64,000 nucleotides of DNA from Octopus sinensis (taxonomy: Eukaryota). Shown one piece after another: positions 63,929 to 64,000 of this stretch; positions within the stretch are counted from its first letter, which is position 1, and every line of letters begins with the position of its first letter. Location of the stretch: contig NC_042998.1 in NCBI RefSeq assembly GCF_006345805.1, positions 171,740,001-171,804,000 of the forward strand, in the 5' to 3' direction. The notes under the pieces were generated by a model, which saw nothing but the letters and a program-made list of their open reading frames with translations, ran no database searches and was not told the origin of the DNA. Both the position numbers and the translations under genes were made by a program.

Positions 63929-64000
63929 TGTCTTTCATTTGTGTGTATGTGTATCTATGTGTGTGCGCGAAGAGGAGTACAGGACCCGGATTAGGCAGTT

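Overview
AT-rich, repeat-dominated eukaryotic DNA with a 100-N gap at 18844-18943. The SINE families, RTE LINE 3' ends and (TA)n/(AAT)n/(CAT)n arrays look like an octopus (coleoid cephalopod) genome; this is inferred from repeat content and not database-checked. Most ORFs in the track are microsatellite artefacts or decayed transposons: many RTE LINE pieces, a Dong/R4-type RLE LINE end, a Tx1/L1 end, a Penelope-like RT relic, mariner (DD34D) and maT-like (DD37D) transposases, Helitron fragments, and hAT- and piggyBac-type MITEs. No host gene could be named. The best host-gene candidate is a minus-strand 146-codon exon at 56692-57129 beside a CpG-retaining, promoter-like zone. The most striking unexplained structure is a decayed tandem array of ~310-320 bp monomers at 18150-19775. 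Three monomers carry a type I hammerhead ribozyme motif on the minus strand, giving a retrozyme-like layout. A second, dispersed (TA)n-associated family carries a variant minimal hammerhead. Other notable items: a twin-priming-type inversion in an (AAT)n-associated retroposon, SINE/Tx1 3'-tail sharing, SINE multimers, and a near-perfect ~165 bp hairpin.
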